Shown: positions 25,771 through 38,528 of the stretch, in pieces | Layout of the letters: each line of letters begins with the position of its first letter | Numbering within the stretch: position 1 is the first letter of the stretch | From: Oopsacas minuta | Taxonomy: Eukaryota; Animalia; Porifera | Direction of reading: 5' to 3' | Assembly (NCBI GenBank): GCA_024704765.1 | Contig: JAKMXF010000338.1 | Coordinates: 163,234-227,233 of the forward strand | DNA length: 64,000 bases | Made by a program: the position numbers and the translations under genes | Notes under the pieces: generated by a model | Database searches by the model: none | Told to the model about the DNA's origin: nothing | What the model saw: the letters and a program-made list of their open reading frames with translations, nothing else

Positions 25771-27303
25771 TCCGTATACAAATAACAGTATTTTGCAAAA
25801 AGGAAAATGAAATGTATGTTAAGAATTTTGAGCGGTAATAATTAACTTTCAATGTTGCAGAAATAAAAGAACAGAAGTGCAAAATATATACTTAACTTTC
25901 GAGTAATAATACTATTTTCAACTGTTGTAATGTAGTAGATTTAAGCTTTGATGTGACGCCTTTTGTTGTGTTTCCACGTATGCTGTGTATCTGTAAATAA
26001 TAAAGTATTCATGTGTGTCTGTATTATGCATTTGCTGGTGAGCTGTTAGATATGTAGAAATGTAGAAAATAAATTGTAGATATGTAGAATATGAAGGGAT
26101 TGGGTTGTAGGTAGGATGTAGAAATTGAGTTGTAGGAATGTAGAAAATTGAGCTGTAGGAATTTCTTTGTTGTTTGATTTGGTTATGTTTTGTTATTGTA
26201 GCATTTGTTGTTAAATTTGTTGTTAGACTTGACTGACTGACTCAGGGTAAAGCCTCAGGGTGAAGATGGTATAAGAGACTAAAGAGCTGAGGAGTAGAGG
26301 TGAAGGTGAGAGGTGAAGATTTGAAGGTACAAAGGTCTGAGTAATGTTGTATTTGTTTTATATTTGCACAATGTTGTTGTAGTTGCAGCTTTTGTAGTGT
26401 GCTGTGATGTTTGTTATTTGTTGTTGTAGTTTGTTTGTTGATAGACCTTGATGTTGGACTTGGTGTAAAAGACTAAAGAGCTGAAGGCTGTGGAAGTTGT
26501 TTATTGAAAAATGGTCTATTGAAGTTGAAGAGTGAGTGATGTAATCCTTGTTAATCTTCTTCAGTTTTCTTCTCTAGTAAACTTCCTTGGTATCCTGGCA
26601 ATTATATGGTGTACTGTACATGCTGGGATAGAGTGTTAGTACTTGCCATCTGATTGCGCCGCCCAGTTGCCTCTTCACTAGGTTGTGTTTCTCCGCGTAT
26701 TTAAGGGTAGCCGAGTCGTTATTCGCGGTGCTCAGCATTACGTGTAGGCTGTTTGGTTCGCGGTTCTCGTCTTTACCGTAGTGCAATAGATAGAGCATAC
26801 GCAGTCGGGTACAGGGGATCACTGGTACTGCCAAGTGTGCTGAGACCAGGGTGTCATAGGAGTTGAACATGATGCACGTTTGTGTTGGGCAGTGGGTGTA
26901 ATTGTTCTGGTGAGTACTTTTCGGACACTGATAGCATTGTAGCCCTTTTAGCGGTGCAAGAGGAATGTTGGGAATAAGATGGTAAGCTGTGATCTAAAGA
27001 GGTTGTAGTTGTGCTTTGGATGGGCGCGTTTGGCTATAGGTGTACTTCAGGATTGGCTTGTACTCGAATGGTTCCCTGTCGGATGTTGTTAAGAAGTAGC
27101 AAATGTTCACCAGTTTCCTATGACCTCCTTCAGGTTATGTCCCTGCCTTCCTGGTGATGGCAAGTATCGATGTACTTGCACTAGTTCATTTCTAGTTTGT
27201 TTGGTCAGAGACTGATTAGTTATTGTTTAGGATTATATCTGTTAGTATATTTTTGTGTTTTTGTTTGATTAGCTTGTTGGATTATTCTCATTTGTGTGTA
27301 TGG

Positions 27304-27794
27304 CAGGGTGGACCATGGGTCACCATTGGTGACCCATGACCCATCTGACCCATCGTATCCGAGACTCATGACCCATTGACCCATTGACCCAGGACCCATC
27401 CGACCCATTGACCCATCAACTGACCCATTGACTCATTATGTGACTCAATTTCTAAAAATCTAATCAGATAGTAGTAACAACACACACGAAACTCAGTCTA
27501 TACTAGTAACAACCATAATTAAATGATGCTAATCAATTAAACTATTATTGTTAGTATAAGACTAAATGGTATACGACTAAATGGACATAATAAACCATGG
27601 ATAATCTGTTGGCATGTCTTAAGTATTTTTTGAAAATATCGCAATAATTATGAGTGATTTGCAAACTGAATAATCCATAAAAATTCCACATGGGTCATGG
27701 GTCACGGAGCCGTGACCCATGACCCATGTGACCCATCGATTTACGTGACCCATCTGACCCATGACCCATGACCATCGACCCATGGTCCACTCTG
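27304..27794. mobile_element. hAT-type MITE with GACCCAT subterminal arrays
   Basis: TIR CAG(G/A)GTGGACCATGGGTC, perfect 8-bp TSD GTGTATGG, many GACCCAT/ATGGGTC copies near both ends. Confidence 0.95.
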
Positions 27795-27806
27795 GTGTAT
27801 GGATTT

Positions 27807-28465
27807 AGTGAACGATCTCGGAGGAAGTCAAGTCTGTTTTGAAGTAGATTTGAGTGTTCTGAAGGATTGATTTTTATGGGATAGTAGCTGAGAAGTGACT
27901 GAAATGGGTGGCTGAGTGGATTAAAGGAAGATGAGTAGTTGATGGAGGCAGTTCAGTTTTCCTTTTATTTCTATTCATTCTGGAATCTGAGGGGGGCTCA
28001 GAATTTTAGGAAAATAAGGAAAGGAGCGATAGTGTCTTCCTAGTATTATAGAACACACATTCAGGACAAGTTCAAGTAACTCAATGACAAGCAAATGAAG
28101 TCAATTATTGAAATGACAAGCGTACTTGATGGAGGCAGAGGCAGTGGCAGTTTTGCTTACATTAGTTAATCAGTGAACGATCTCTTAGGAAGTCAAGTCT
28201 GTTTTGAAGTAGATTTTAGTGTTCTGAAGGATTGATTTTTATTGGATAGTAGCTGAGAAGTGACTGAAATGGCTGGCTGAGTGGATTTAAGGAAGTTGAG
28301 TAGTTGATGGAGGCAGTTCAGTTTTCCTTTTATTTCTATTCATTCTGGGAATCTGAGGGGGCTCAGAATTTTAGGAAAATAAGGAAAGCAGCGACAATAT
28401 CTTGCTAGTATTATAGAACACACATTCAGGACAAGTTCAAGTAACTAAATGACAAGGAAATGAAT
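27807..28465. repeat. Direct tandem duplication, period ~365 bp
   Basis: AGTGAACGATCTC...GAAGTCAAGTCTGTTTTGAAGTAG starts at 27807 and again at 28172; high identity over ~290 bp. Confidence 0.92.
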
Positions 28466-28753
28466 GAAATGAGAAGTAACGTCAGGGGCACAAATGAGTC
28501 AAGGAGATGTAATGTAGATATGTAAACCTTTTGCACAGTTGTGATTATAAGGTAACATGGAAATTGTAGTTTTGAAACATCTAAGTAGGGTATTGGTCTT
28601 TGTAGTTTTGAAACATATAAGTAGGATGTTGGTCTTTGTAGTTGGGATATTTATTTGTGAAATGTATCAAGTATCGCATTTGAATTGGGAGCTAGTTGTT
28701 GCATTATGAAAACTATAAATTGGTGGCGGTTATTGATATTCCAAAGCAAGAAT

Positions 28754-29789
28754 ATGGACAAAGGTCGCAAAGTAAATTGGACAAAGGAGGTGGAGTATAC
28801 ACTCATTGAGGCAATCCAGGATGCTGGAGGTATATTGAGAAGTACTGCTGGTCAGTGCGCGGAGATAAACAAAAAAAACGAGGCTTTGGAACAATGTTAC
28901 GAGGAAAATCACTTCCAACCATGGCAACAACCGAGATGTAAACGATGTAAAAAAGAAGTGGAACAATCTAAAAGGTTCCGCAAAAGCCAGTGTGGATTCC
29001 ATTCGAAGGGAAGCAAGGAGGACAGGAGGAGGGCCAAATGAAGTTGGTGAAGTGGAGGATGAAGATTTCCGGATCCTTAGCTCCGATAGGGAAATATCCA
29101 CATATGTGAAGGAGAGAGTATCACAGATGTTCTCAAGTACGCCAGCGTTCTCTGGAATATGTGATAGTGTTGATATGTTCTAAGCCCCAACAACATTGCC
29201 TTCACACACTGAGATTAGCGAAAGCAGAGAAGTAACACCAGTGTTTGAGGGACCAGAAGTTACTGTAGTTAACAGTCGTCCAGAGGGAAGGCGTCGCCGT
29301 AAGAGGAGCATCGAACAGTCAACAAAGGTCTCTGATTTACTTCCTCTGCAACGAGAAGTGCTCCTTAAACAAATAGAAGTATTCTCGGCTCAACTACAGC
29401 TGATTGAAGAGCAGAGGGAGTATTATCGTCACAAAAAGCAGAGACTTTTAGAAAAAGATCTACAGCAGCACCTTTAGATATACGATTTAGTCATATTGTA
29501 CCATCATAGAAAATCATAATTTATAGTGTAAGTATGAATTAATCAAAGAAAACGAGTGACTGAAGTGATTACATCAATGTTATCGATAAATATAATATGT
29601 TTGGGAACTTAAAATAGAGCTTGAATAACTTAAGCAACCTCGGTAGGTTACTTAACTTTTGTACTTAAGTACATACTTAAGTATGAGCTTAAATCTTAGT
29701 GAATACCAATCTTAGTAAAAACGGTTTAAGTATATACTTAGTATTTAATTACTAAGTACATACTTAAGGATGCTTAGTGAATACGGCCC
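28754..29789 (+). mobile_element. Harbinger remnant: Myb/SANT-like accessory gene plus 3' terminus
   Basis: MDKGRKVNWTKEVEYTLIEAI; after a frameshift, KKKWNNLK...RRTGGGP. Terminus CTTAGTGAATACGGCCC|CAG. Confidence 0.8.
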
Positions 29790-30051
29790 CAGAATCCCCC
29801 TATCACATCTCGTTTTACTCCAATGTCATTTTAATCCCAGTCGCTTTTTTCCAGTTCACTTCCCTAGAATACATGAATATTTTTGATACAAGTGTGAATT
29901 TTATCTTTTGAAATAAACAGATGCGTGCTTTATTGCTTTTTTTAATTAGTCCCTTTAACTCCATTCTTTTCTACCTAATTTGTTTATTTTTATTTTTGTT
30001 ATTTACAGATTCATTGTACTATAGTATACTAATTTGATATTTTATTATCAT

Positions 30052-30591
30052 ATGGCTTATCGGAAAAGGTGCAGTAATGATCCAGACGTCTTTTGTTATA
30101 TTTGTGGTAGTTTCATGACTTCTGAACAAACTACGACAATAACAGGATTTGTTAAAAAAGAATATTTAGGATATTTTGGAGTGATATTAGGTGATCAAGA
30201 CAAAACTTGGGCTCCACATACAGTGTTCCGATCTAGTGTAGAAAATTTGAGGCAATGGACAAAAGGAATCAGAAAGAGTTTAAGTTTTGGAATTCCGATG
30301 ATATGGAGAGAGCCACAAAATCACATTAGCGATTGTTACTCTTGTAATGCGAATATTTACGGAATCAATGCTAAAACCATATCATTGATCAAGTATCCAA
30401 TTTTACATTCAGCAATACGACCCGTTCCCCATTCTATTGATGTACCTGTTCCAAAATTTACCAATTTGCATGATATCTCTGAAATTGATGATTGTGAAAC
30501 TAGTGATTCGTTAATTAGAGAAGATGAGGATTATATTCCGTGTGTATTATCTCGTTCCAATTCACCACAGGTATTTAATCAGCCTGAATAA
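30052..30591 (+). pseudogene. Chapaev3 (CMC)-type transposase N-terminal fragment
   Basis: CSNDPDVFCYICG...YFGVILGDQDKTWAPH...PMIWREPQNH.SDCY.C. Confidence 0.8.
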
Positions 30592-30594
30592 ACG

Positions 30595-31320
30595 AGTCTT
30601 GCAGCGAACTTTGTATTACGATATGGGCTATTTTCTAAACTGTATGCTATTCACTTCCTTTATGTATTCCAGTTCGTTCGACTAGCCATACTAGGAGATA
30701 CTAATCATAAACCCCGATATATCTAGTGTGTATTACGAATTGGGCATGAAAAAGTGGGAAAGGTCCTCCCATAGACGTAACATTAAAGTTTCGGGACATA
30801 TTTTCTAATGTTTTTTGAAGAAGGACCATTGCCTAAGACCTATAAATTGTTATACATGCTTACCATATGTAGTTCTAATTTCTGGACCACAATTAGTCCC
30901 GAGTACCGCTCCAATAAGAATATATTAACAGTTGAAGGGGGTTTGGTAAAAATAGGCTAAGAACCGAGTCTGCAGGACTTAGGATGGGATATCTTTAAAA
31001 TTATTCGTTCATTCATTCCAAATGTGGTCCAGATTTTAGAAACATTGTATACATGCTTCCCCAAAATTTTCAGAGCTTAAAAATTAGTCTTTCTTCAAAA
31101 AACAATAGACTATATGGCGAATAACATAGTTTTGAGATAATTGAAGTTAAAGATTCATATAATATATTTTGTAAATATATACATATTACTATGGTATTTC
31201 GTCCCGCTAGGACTCATCCTTTAAGCTATGCCTTGTCTTAAGACAACACCTTCTTTTAACTGTAGACAAACAATAAAAAATAAGTCAAAGGTATGATAAT
31301 TCCAACTCAAGACTGGGGTA
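30595..31320 (-). repeat. Hammerhead-bearing interspersed repeat, copy B
   Basis: Reverse complement aligns with 15340-15866 plus 17166-17375 and lacks the mariner insertion. Confidence 0.85.
31192..31248 (-). ncRNA. Type III hammerhead ribozyme, degenerate copy B
   Basis: Minus strand TGTTG-TC / TTAAG-loop-CTTAA / AGGATGA / GTCC-TAGCG-GGAC / GAAA / TACCA. Stems I and II are perfect; core C3 and U4 are mutated. Confidence 0.72.
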
Positions 31321-31335
31321 CAGCATGGAGATTAT

Positions 31336-32230
31336 CATGTGATCAATCAAGCCCACTGTCCAGTTCTGTACATCACTGATAGGAAGGTCAAAAGGAGCAA
31401 ATAAATATTGTATAATACTAAGTATAGTAAGTGTAAAAGATATTATTAGAGCTAAAAATACATTCACTATTGCATCTAAGTAAAGCTATAACATGGTGTT
31501 TATACCACCCAAGTAGTAGAAATTACGTATATACGAGTATGCACATACTCTGTTATGCATATTCTCTAAGAAAGTATCATATAAAATGTACCGTATATAG
31601 CAATAGCATAACGAGTAATGTCATAAATTCAAGAACTCAAAAATTTTATTTCTATCGCTCAGCACTCTCAGAATCAGGAGGCCTTAATCAAGATTCTCGG
31701 AGACGTGAAAAGGGAGAAACATGAACGTGAGCAGGTCGCTCGCCTCTTTGCATAATGGAAACGCTTTGCAAGGGGGCGACGATCGCGACGTTAAATGCGG
31801 CCCATTCCACGTGCTAAGAGGGTCAAGGCCAATGATCTACGTATACAGTGGGCATTATTTTGGTGGAGTTCTTCCGCCCAATGTCAATATGATGCGTATG
31901 CATTGCGAACTTTCGTGAGGAAAGTGACCGACGCAGGTTCTGAGATGCTTCGTAGCGAGCTGGCTTTTTTTAAAGCCGGCAGGAAATGATGAATCTGATT
32001 CTGCGTCATTTTTACACAAAAGAGGAAACGCATGAATTAATTATAACTTAGGATCAAATATCTAATTTTTGAAAAAATGGCTATTTTAGGAGAAGATGTC
32101 GTCACAAATTGTTTTATAACTCACACTAGAATACTCGGATTTGAAAAATTTCAATGTAGGAATGATAACAATACATGTGAGTATGTTTCCAAATAATAAA
32201 CTCAATTAAACAAATTTGCGGTAAGACACT
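31336..32230 (-). mobile_element. ~0.9-kb element with Kolobok-like TTAA|RR terminus; inverted twin of 38529-39440
   Basis: Near-identical reverse complement of 38529-39440; terminus reads TTAA|AGTGTCTTACCGCAAAT on the minus strand. Confidence 0.75.
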
Positions 32231-32371
32231 TTAAGAAATGGTTAAAAAGAGTTGAAGAACACAAACTATCAATATTATTACGATAACCAATTTGAAAATG
32301 TACTTACGAACATTCTAACATGGAATAAGATTTTCCCAATTTCCAGTTGATCGACTGTAGATCTTGTACAA

Positions 32372-32490
32372 TAAACTTCTACTTCATTTTCTGGAAGGGC
32401 TAAGAAGGCAACTGATCGAGTGCAAAATGGCGAATTCGGATGATGAGCTTTCAATAGGATATGATCATCTGAATTTATGATTGCGTTACT
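32372..32490 (-). pseudogene. Short internal fragment of the family-1 RAG1-like transposase
   Basis: CTTCATTTTCTGG.AGGGCTAAGA.GGCAACTG.TCGAGTGCAAAATGGCGAATTCGGATGATGAG matches 306-420. Confidence 0.85.
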
Positions 32491-32506
32491 GGAATTATTG
32501 CGAACC

Positions 32507-33620
32507 TTATAATTGCTTAGTAGATGCTAATATTTCAATATATGGACTATAACTTGATGCTGATATCCTTAAATCTTCCTTGAAGTCAAGTTGCCTGCGG
32601 TGTTTTGACTTAAGAAAATTTGCTGAAGAAAACGTTTGCTCACAAAAAAATGTTGTTGGAGATGGAAGCACAAGCAATCTTTCAGATGTTTTGAAAAGAT
32701 TTGATGCTATCCCCTTCACTAAAAACCAGAATTTCGTTTTGTTACCACATTAATATTTAGCTTTTGCCTCCTCATTCGCCTGGAACAATAACAACTCATC
32801 TACTAGGATGTCGTCTAAGTCCAGCATATCTTCCAGAGACATATCCATCGGGGTTAGCAGGTATTTAGGGATTGATGGAACGTCCGAAAAGTGATTGGAA
32901 AATCAGTAACTAGATTCATCAAATGTTCCTCGACAAGCGAAATAAATTTATCTTCAAGATGTGGTGAGAGACAAAGAATTGCTTCTACATGTGGGAACAT
33001 GTTCCATTGGTTGTTCAGTATGCTTAAACGAAAAAGTTTCAACTTATTTTGACATGTGGTCACATTTCTAATGCCGCTTGGAGAAAAATGCCGTCTCCCT
33101 GCAACCTAAGAATACTCAGGTTATAGTGAGAGAAGATTTCAGTAAGATAAGCTTATTCAGTTTGAAATAGATCGATGAAAACTCTTCTATCTCTAAGAAA
33201 TGTTTCTGACTAGAAATCCACATAACTGATCATAAATGGAATGTCCTCGTTCAAGAGCTTTTCCTTGCTAAGCCAGCGAAATTCAGTGTGGAAAAGAATG
33301 ACGTCGTGTTATGCTTCCGAATCTTTGCATAGTTTTGTTAGTATAAGTTCGTTCAAAGGACTTGATCTGACAAAGTTCACAACTTTGATGACAAGGTTCA
33401 GTGTTTCATGTAGTTTAGGGTGGAGATTTTTAGCAGCTAACACATGTTTATGAATCACACAATGGATAAAACTGCACGGCAGTACTTCCCTTTTACAACA
33501 TCCCCGGAATCCAGTATCTCTACCAGTCATATTTCGAGCTCTATCTGTACTAACACTACCAACTTGGTTTAGACTGATCTGAAGCAAATGTCTGCTTATA
33601 TTTTCCATATGCGATCTGAA
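32507..33620 (-). pseudogene. hAT (ZBED5/Buster-like) transposase, decayed central and C-terminal part
   Basis: STD.A.NMTG, FIHCVIHKHVLAAK, RWLS and PTTFFCEQTFS motifs. Confidence 0.85.
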
Positions 33621-33912
33621 GCACGAATTGATAAACCATATTCTGTTAGGGGTTACTCACCATTTTATCAGGAATACTTTTCCTACAAATCAGAAAAGTT
33701 ATGAACTTTATAATCTGTTGCAAGCAGATTTGAAATAGCACTTAATGCCCATTATAGATAAGCGACACTTTGAAAACAGAATAAACAAATAACAATTCTA
33801 TTGAAATATTGGAACTAACATTAGCTTATACTATTATTGTATTAGTAATTGTATCTGTGTTGGGCAGATAATAATACCATAATTACACGCAAGTGCATTA
33901 GTAAAGGAAATA

Positions 33913-35251
33913 CAGTCTGTTACATTATTATTCGGAATTTTAATATACTTTGAAAGTATACCATAACTTAATAGAATCATTGTGTATTTGAAAGTGAATG
34001 CATATTTTGAATTGTATAATAGTACATACGTAATTCGATTGTTTTATTTTGTTCAATTAATCAACTTCTCGAACATTTCTCTCTTCTGTAATATTAGTTG
34101 TGACGTCACTTCCGTATTATTCATAAGTTTACCATTTATCTTCTCTTGTCTTAAGTATTAGCTATTTCAGATGGCTCAATTGGATAAGAGAAATACTATG
34201 AAGTTATTACTAGAAGCTAACAGCCATAGCTCAAAAGAAATTGCTCAAATTGCTCATGTAAGCTTGTCTACTGTATATTATGTAAAGGCCAAACTAGCAA
34301 AAGGAATTGATATCTCCCATCAAAAAGGAGCTGGAAGGCCATGCTCATTGAGAAATAGGATTAAACAATCGATTAGCCAACAAATAAGACAAAAACCATA
34401 CTTATCACTAAGAACATTGGCAAGTAGAGCCCCTATACCTGTATCCTACCAGACTGTACGCCGAGCCTTAGTCGATTCCAAATATTCTAAGAAATATCCC
34501 ACAAAAGTACCTATGCTGAGTGAAACAAATCGATTGTATCGTGTCCAATGGGCAAAGAAGTTTAAATACCCCAAAAAGCAATGGGCCAAGACTGTTTTTG
34601 CTGATGAAATCTCGATTTGGCTGTCCAGGGGTCGAATGAAGATGTGGACAAAATCCGATCAGAAAAGATTTGTCCCCACCACTAAGCATACTCCAAAAAT
34701 AAATGTTTGGGCGGCATTCTCTTCCATTGGGACTTTCCCTTTGTGCATATTTACAACTAATATGGACAGTTCATTATTCATAGACATACTTCAAGGTCAT
34801 CTCCTAACTCAGGCTGAAGTTTTCCATGGAAATGATTGGCAACTCGTAATGGATAACGATCCTAAGCATACAGCGACAAAGGTTAAGAATTGGTTGAGTA
34901 CTATGTTACCAAAAGTACTTCCGTGGCCATCACAAAGCCCCGATCTCAATCCTATTGAAAATCTGTTCGCGTGGGTTAAGCAAGAATTAACTAAACAAGG
35001 CCCAAAGACAATTTCAGAGCTGAAGAAAATGCTGGAAATTACCTGGAGCAGGCTAGATTCTAATTTTCTAGAGCCATATTGGTCTTCAATGCCACGTAGG
35101 TGTCAAATGGTCATTGACTCAAGGGGTCTACCAATTAAATATTGATTATGCACCTCTTGAGAATATTTTAGTCAATTTTAGTATTGTGTAAGAGTAAATC
35201 CGATCGTATGATAAACTGATCCTTGATTCCAAATAATTATGTAACAGACTG
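33913..35251 (+). mobile_element. Tc1 DD34E element with intact ORF
   Basis: TIR CAGTCTGTTACAT(T/A)ATTATT(C/T)GGAAT with TA flanks. Confidence 0.95.
34171..35145 (+). CDS. Tc1 transposase (324 aa, DD34E)
   Basis: Uninterrupted ORF: HTH region with GAGRP, FADE, MDNDPKH-34aa-E (SPDLNPIEN). Confidence 0.95.
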   Translation: MAQLDKRNTMKLLLEANSHSSKEIAQIAHVSLSTVYYVKAKLAKGIDISHQKGAGRPCSLRNRIKQSISQQIRQKPYLSLRTLASRAPIPVSYQTVRRALVDSKYSKKYPTKVPMLSETNRLYRVQWAKKFKYPKKQWAKTVFADEISIWLSRGRMKMWTKSDQKRFVPTTKHTPKINVWAAFSSIGTFPLCIFTTNMDSSLFIDILQGHLLTQAEVFHGNDWQLVMDNDPKHTATKVKNWLSTMLPKVLPWPSQSPDLNPIENLFAWVKQELTKQGPKTISELKKMLEITWSRLDSNFLEPYWSSMPRRCQMVIDSRGLPIKY

Positions 35252-35474
35252 TAGGTTAATAGAAGTGTTACTATATTGAAAATATATCCAATATTGTATA
35301 TTTGCACATTCCTGAAGAAATACTATTAACTTCTAATCGGCAGAAGATAAATTGAATCACTTTTTAGTACTTGTTGGGTTTGTTACCATATGTCTAATAA
35401 TTGTCTAATTAGTATGCTCCACTAGTGTAATAATTCGATCGTAATGTAACAATTGCAACTTCCGTTGCCTAATA

Positions 35475-36802
35475 CAGTCTGATACGAAATTATTTACAAT
35501 TATAAATTAGCCATAATCCAATTTAACATTGATTACTAAAGAGATTGACGATACATTTCTTGTAAGGACGTGATAGATATTTCCTAAACAATAATGTCAC
35601 TAATAGTTAATCTTATTCCCACCAGAGGCAATTACCAGATCACACCTTTTATTCATAGAACTTTTGAACTTGGAAAGAAAATCAGCTTGAAACGTTTCCC
35701 ACTGAGAATATATCCTACTCTCCACTTCCTCAATTGTCTTTGGAGCGTGGACCATTATTCTGTGCTCCAGTACACCCCATAAATTCTCAATAGGTTGAGA
35801 TCCGGGTTATTGGAAGGCCAGTCTATGCGTCTAACACGGTGTCTCTTTGAAAGCATATGAAAACTTGATGTATGGATACTCTAATTATCCTCTTGCAATT
35901 TCCAGCCATTGGGGAATAATGTATCTGCAGTCTGAAACAGAACTTCATTTAAAACATTACAATAATGTTCTGAATTAAAGTTATGCTTGAATACCTTCAC
36001 TGGGGTGGCACCTCGAGCAGAAATTCCTCCCCAAATGTGTACTTAGGGACTAGGCCGTGGAATGTTGAGGGTTGGTCGTTCACCTCTTGTCCACATTCGA
36101 ATTCTACCCTGATTTAGCCAGATAGAACATTCATCCGTGAAAATTATCTGGTGCCAGTGAATATTCCTGTGTTTCTTGGCCCAATCGACACGTATTCTCT
36201 CATTCTGGGGAGTGATTCCTGGCCCTCTGATCGAAACTTTCTTAGAAAGTCTCATACTCTTTATTGTCCTCCGTATCGACTCTCTAGATATATCTAAACC
36301 CTGAGTGACCTGGAATTCACTTGCTATCTTTCTTACGGATACTCGTGGACTTTTTCGGAGCTTGGCTGCAAGAGATATCTTGATATTTTTGGACATTTTA
36401 TTGGTCTACCAGCTCCTTTTCGATGCTTAAAATTTTTGGAATCTGACACTGTAGCTTTGACATTACAGACGGTCTTCAAAGAAACTCCACATCGCTTTGA
36501 TATTAACTTTATAGTAGTTGTCCTCATTTTTAACAACTCCGAAACTTCTTGTCGTTTGGCTTGTTGCATTTATTTCGAAGAATTCTAGTTCACCACAGAA
36601 TAGGAACAAATGCTCAGTAATCACCAAGGATGACGCGCGAAAATCAAAGTAATGTGGTAAAAAATCAAAAAATTTGAAATAACAAAAATATGTACTAAAT
36701 TGTTCATGTAAAGTGATCGAGATATATCAATTTCGTTCATTTGCAATATTACGGGTTCTTAAGAAACAATCAGAAAATTGTAAATAATTTCGTGTCAGAC
36801 TG
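35475..36802 (-). mobile_element. Tc1 element, decayed
   Basis: TIR CAGTCTGA(T/C)ACGAAATTATTTACAATT at both ends; GAGRP and IFTDECSIW motifs; split ORFs 36333-36569 and 36043-36396. Confidence 0.9.
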
Positions 36803-38528
36803 TTACAGCTATTGCCGGGCTGTTTCTATTCCTGTCGTATTGCCTCGTGATCCCTGTGGAAGCGCAGGAGGAATTTCAGATCATACATATTTACAGATAC
36901 TTTTGACACAAACGAGCTGGAGAACTAATTCAACGAAAGGATTACTACTTGCAGACAGTTTACACGCAAACGGACCGAAACAATAAAACATGGAAAGTCC
37001 CACTACAACAATTCAACTTGTGCTTTTCACATCAGCCCAGACCCAGGAACAACCATGACACTATCTAATCCCGTTACTATATCGCTAGCGTATAGATACA
37101 AGGGTCCCTAAACAGCAAACACATTTGCATCAGGATAACACCATGAATACAAAGTTGGATCCGGTCATTTGCAGCTAGAAAATAGGCGAATAAACGTATT
37201 AATTATGAAGGTGGCGCATGCTCCTTTTTTTGTTGCTTCTAGGGTTTCTGAAGCCAGTGCAATAAAATGACAAGCAAGAGAGCCAGTTCTACTTAGTTTG
37301 AATATATCAATTTGCAATATTTCTAAGCAACAAGTGAATCCTAGGTAGGATATCTTTGAAATGTACTTGACGATTATTTAGCAACATTAATGGTGCATGA
37401 CACCTACTGTTAGGATAGCTGAATGTGGTCCAAGTGGTTTTTTGGGCTAGATGGCGCCAAGACCTACGGTTTTCCTTTTTTAAGCCAAGCGATGGGAGTC
37501 ATTTCAGATATAGGATGTACGGTGTTCGAGATAGATGGTGTGAACAGGTTTTCGGCCCTTTTGGAACAGGCACACCAGGTTTGAATTGACAGTTTTGAAT
37601 AGTAATAACTACAAATTTCGCAAACTAATAAATCCATAAAAGACTCAATCAACTGATACAAGCGTTGATATAACCGCAAGACTGATCACATCTGTATTCC
37701 TATGGTAGTTTGTATAGAATTCATCAGTTATATTTCAGTATAGTGGTTAATAAAATTTTCTCCATATCATTTGGCTGATTCAGGAGAATTTCGTACTTCG
37801 TCAGTTCCCATCCGAATTTTGAGTTCGAAAGCTCTATCAGCTTCTCTCAACGAGTTCTTCAACAGTGAGTATAACGATTTTTGACCATTCAAAAAGGTTG
37901 GGGAGAGTGTTAGTTTCTATAGTTGTATCTACATTTCTATGAAATATTATATGCCACTGATTCACTATGTGAAGATACTCCAATATGGTATCATTCATTC
38001 CAAATTATTACCTTGGTTGAATATATTTCGTATGGGTATGAAACGTCATGATATTCAAATTTTATGCACTACATTATTTTTTCGCTGTAATAGTGAAGCA
38101 TGTAGTCTGAGGAATGTACCCTGAAAATTTGGAAAAAATTGATAAAAAAATTTGTTATTTTGGAAAAATTACAAGGTGTTAATGTCGCAGAATATTTAAA
38201 CTACATGAAATTTCTAGAATATACGATATTTTTGGTTACTTAATTATCCATTTATAGGCGGTGAGACCCTGAATTTTTTATATACCAAAAATTACATTTC
38301 ATCCCTTATATATATTCATAATAACAATATCAAATGTAATATTATATACAGTACACTCCCGTTTACGTGACACCTCGGGGATTTGGCCAAGGTTTAGGAG
38401 TAAGAGGGAATAATCGCCTCTCCCTATGACACATCACTATTGCCAAGGTCTAAACGAACAAACATAGTAACTTACAAGTCTAAGCTGAGTAATAAGTCTG
38501 CTCGAAAAATACAGTGGAAGCAGCTTAA

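Noticed and set aside
30052-30591. Chapaev zinc finger fused to the RAG1-like core (RAG1 N-terminus origin scenario)
   Set aside because: The Chapaev3 pieces are separate insertions far from the Transib ORFs, and the Transib N-termini show no RING or CxxC cluster.
31470-31989. Small ORFs conserved between the twin repeats as real genes
   Set aside because: Conservation only reflects near-identical DNA copies. The frames overlap, and no motif is recognisable.
36810-38520. Host exons in the intervals 36810-38520, 48340-49190 and 58310-59200
   Set aside because: Only short ORFs without recognisable domains or consistent splice structure are present, so they cannot be supported from sequence alone.
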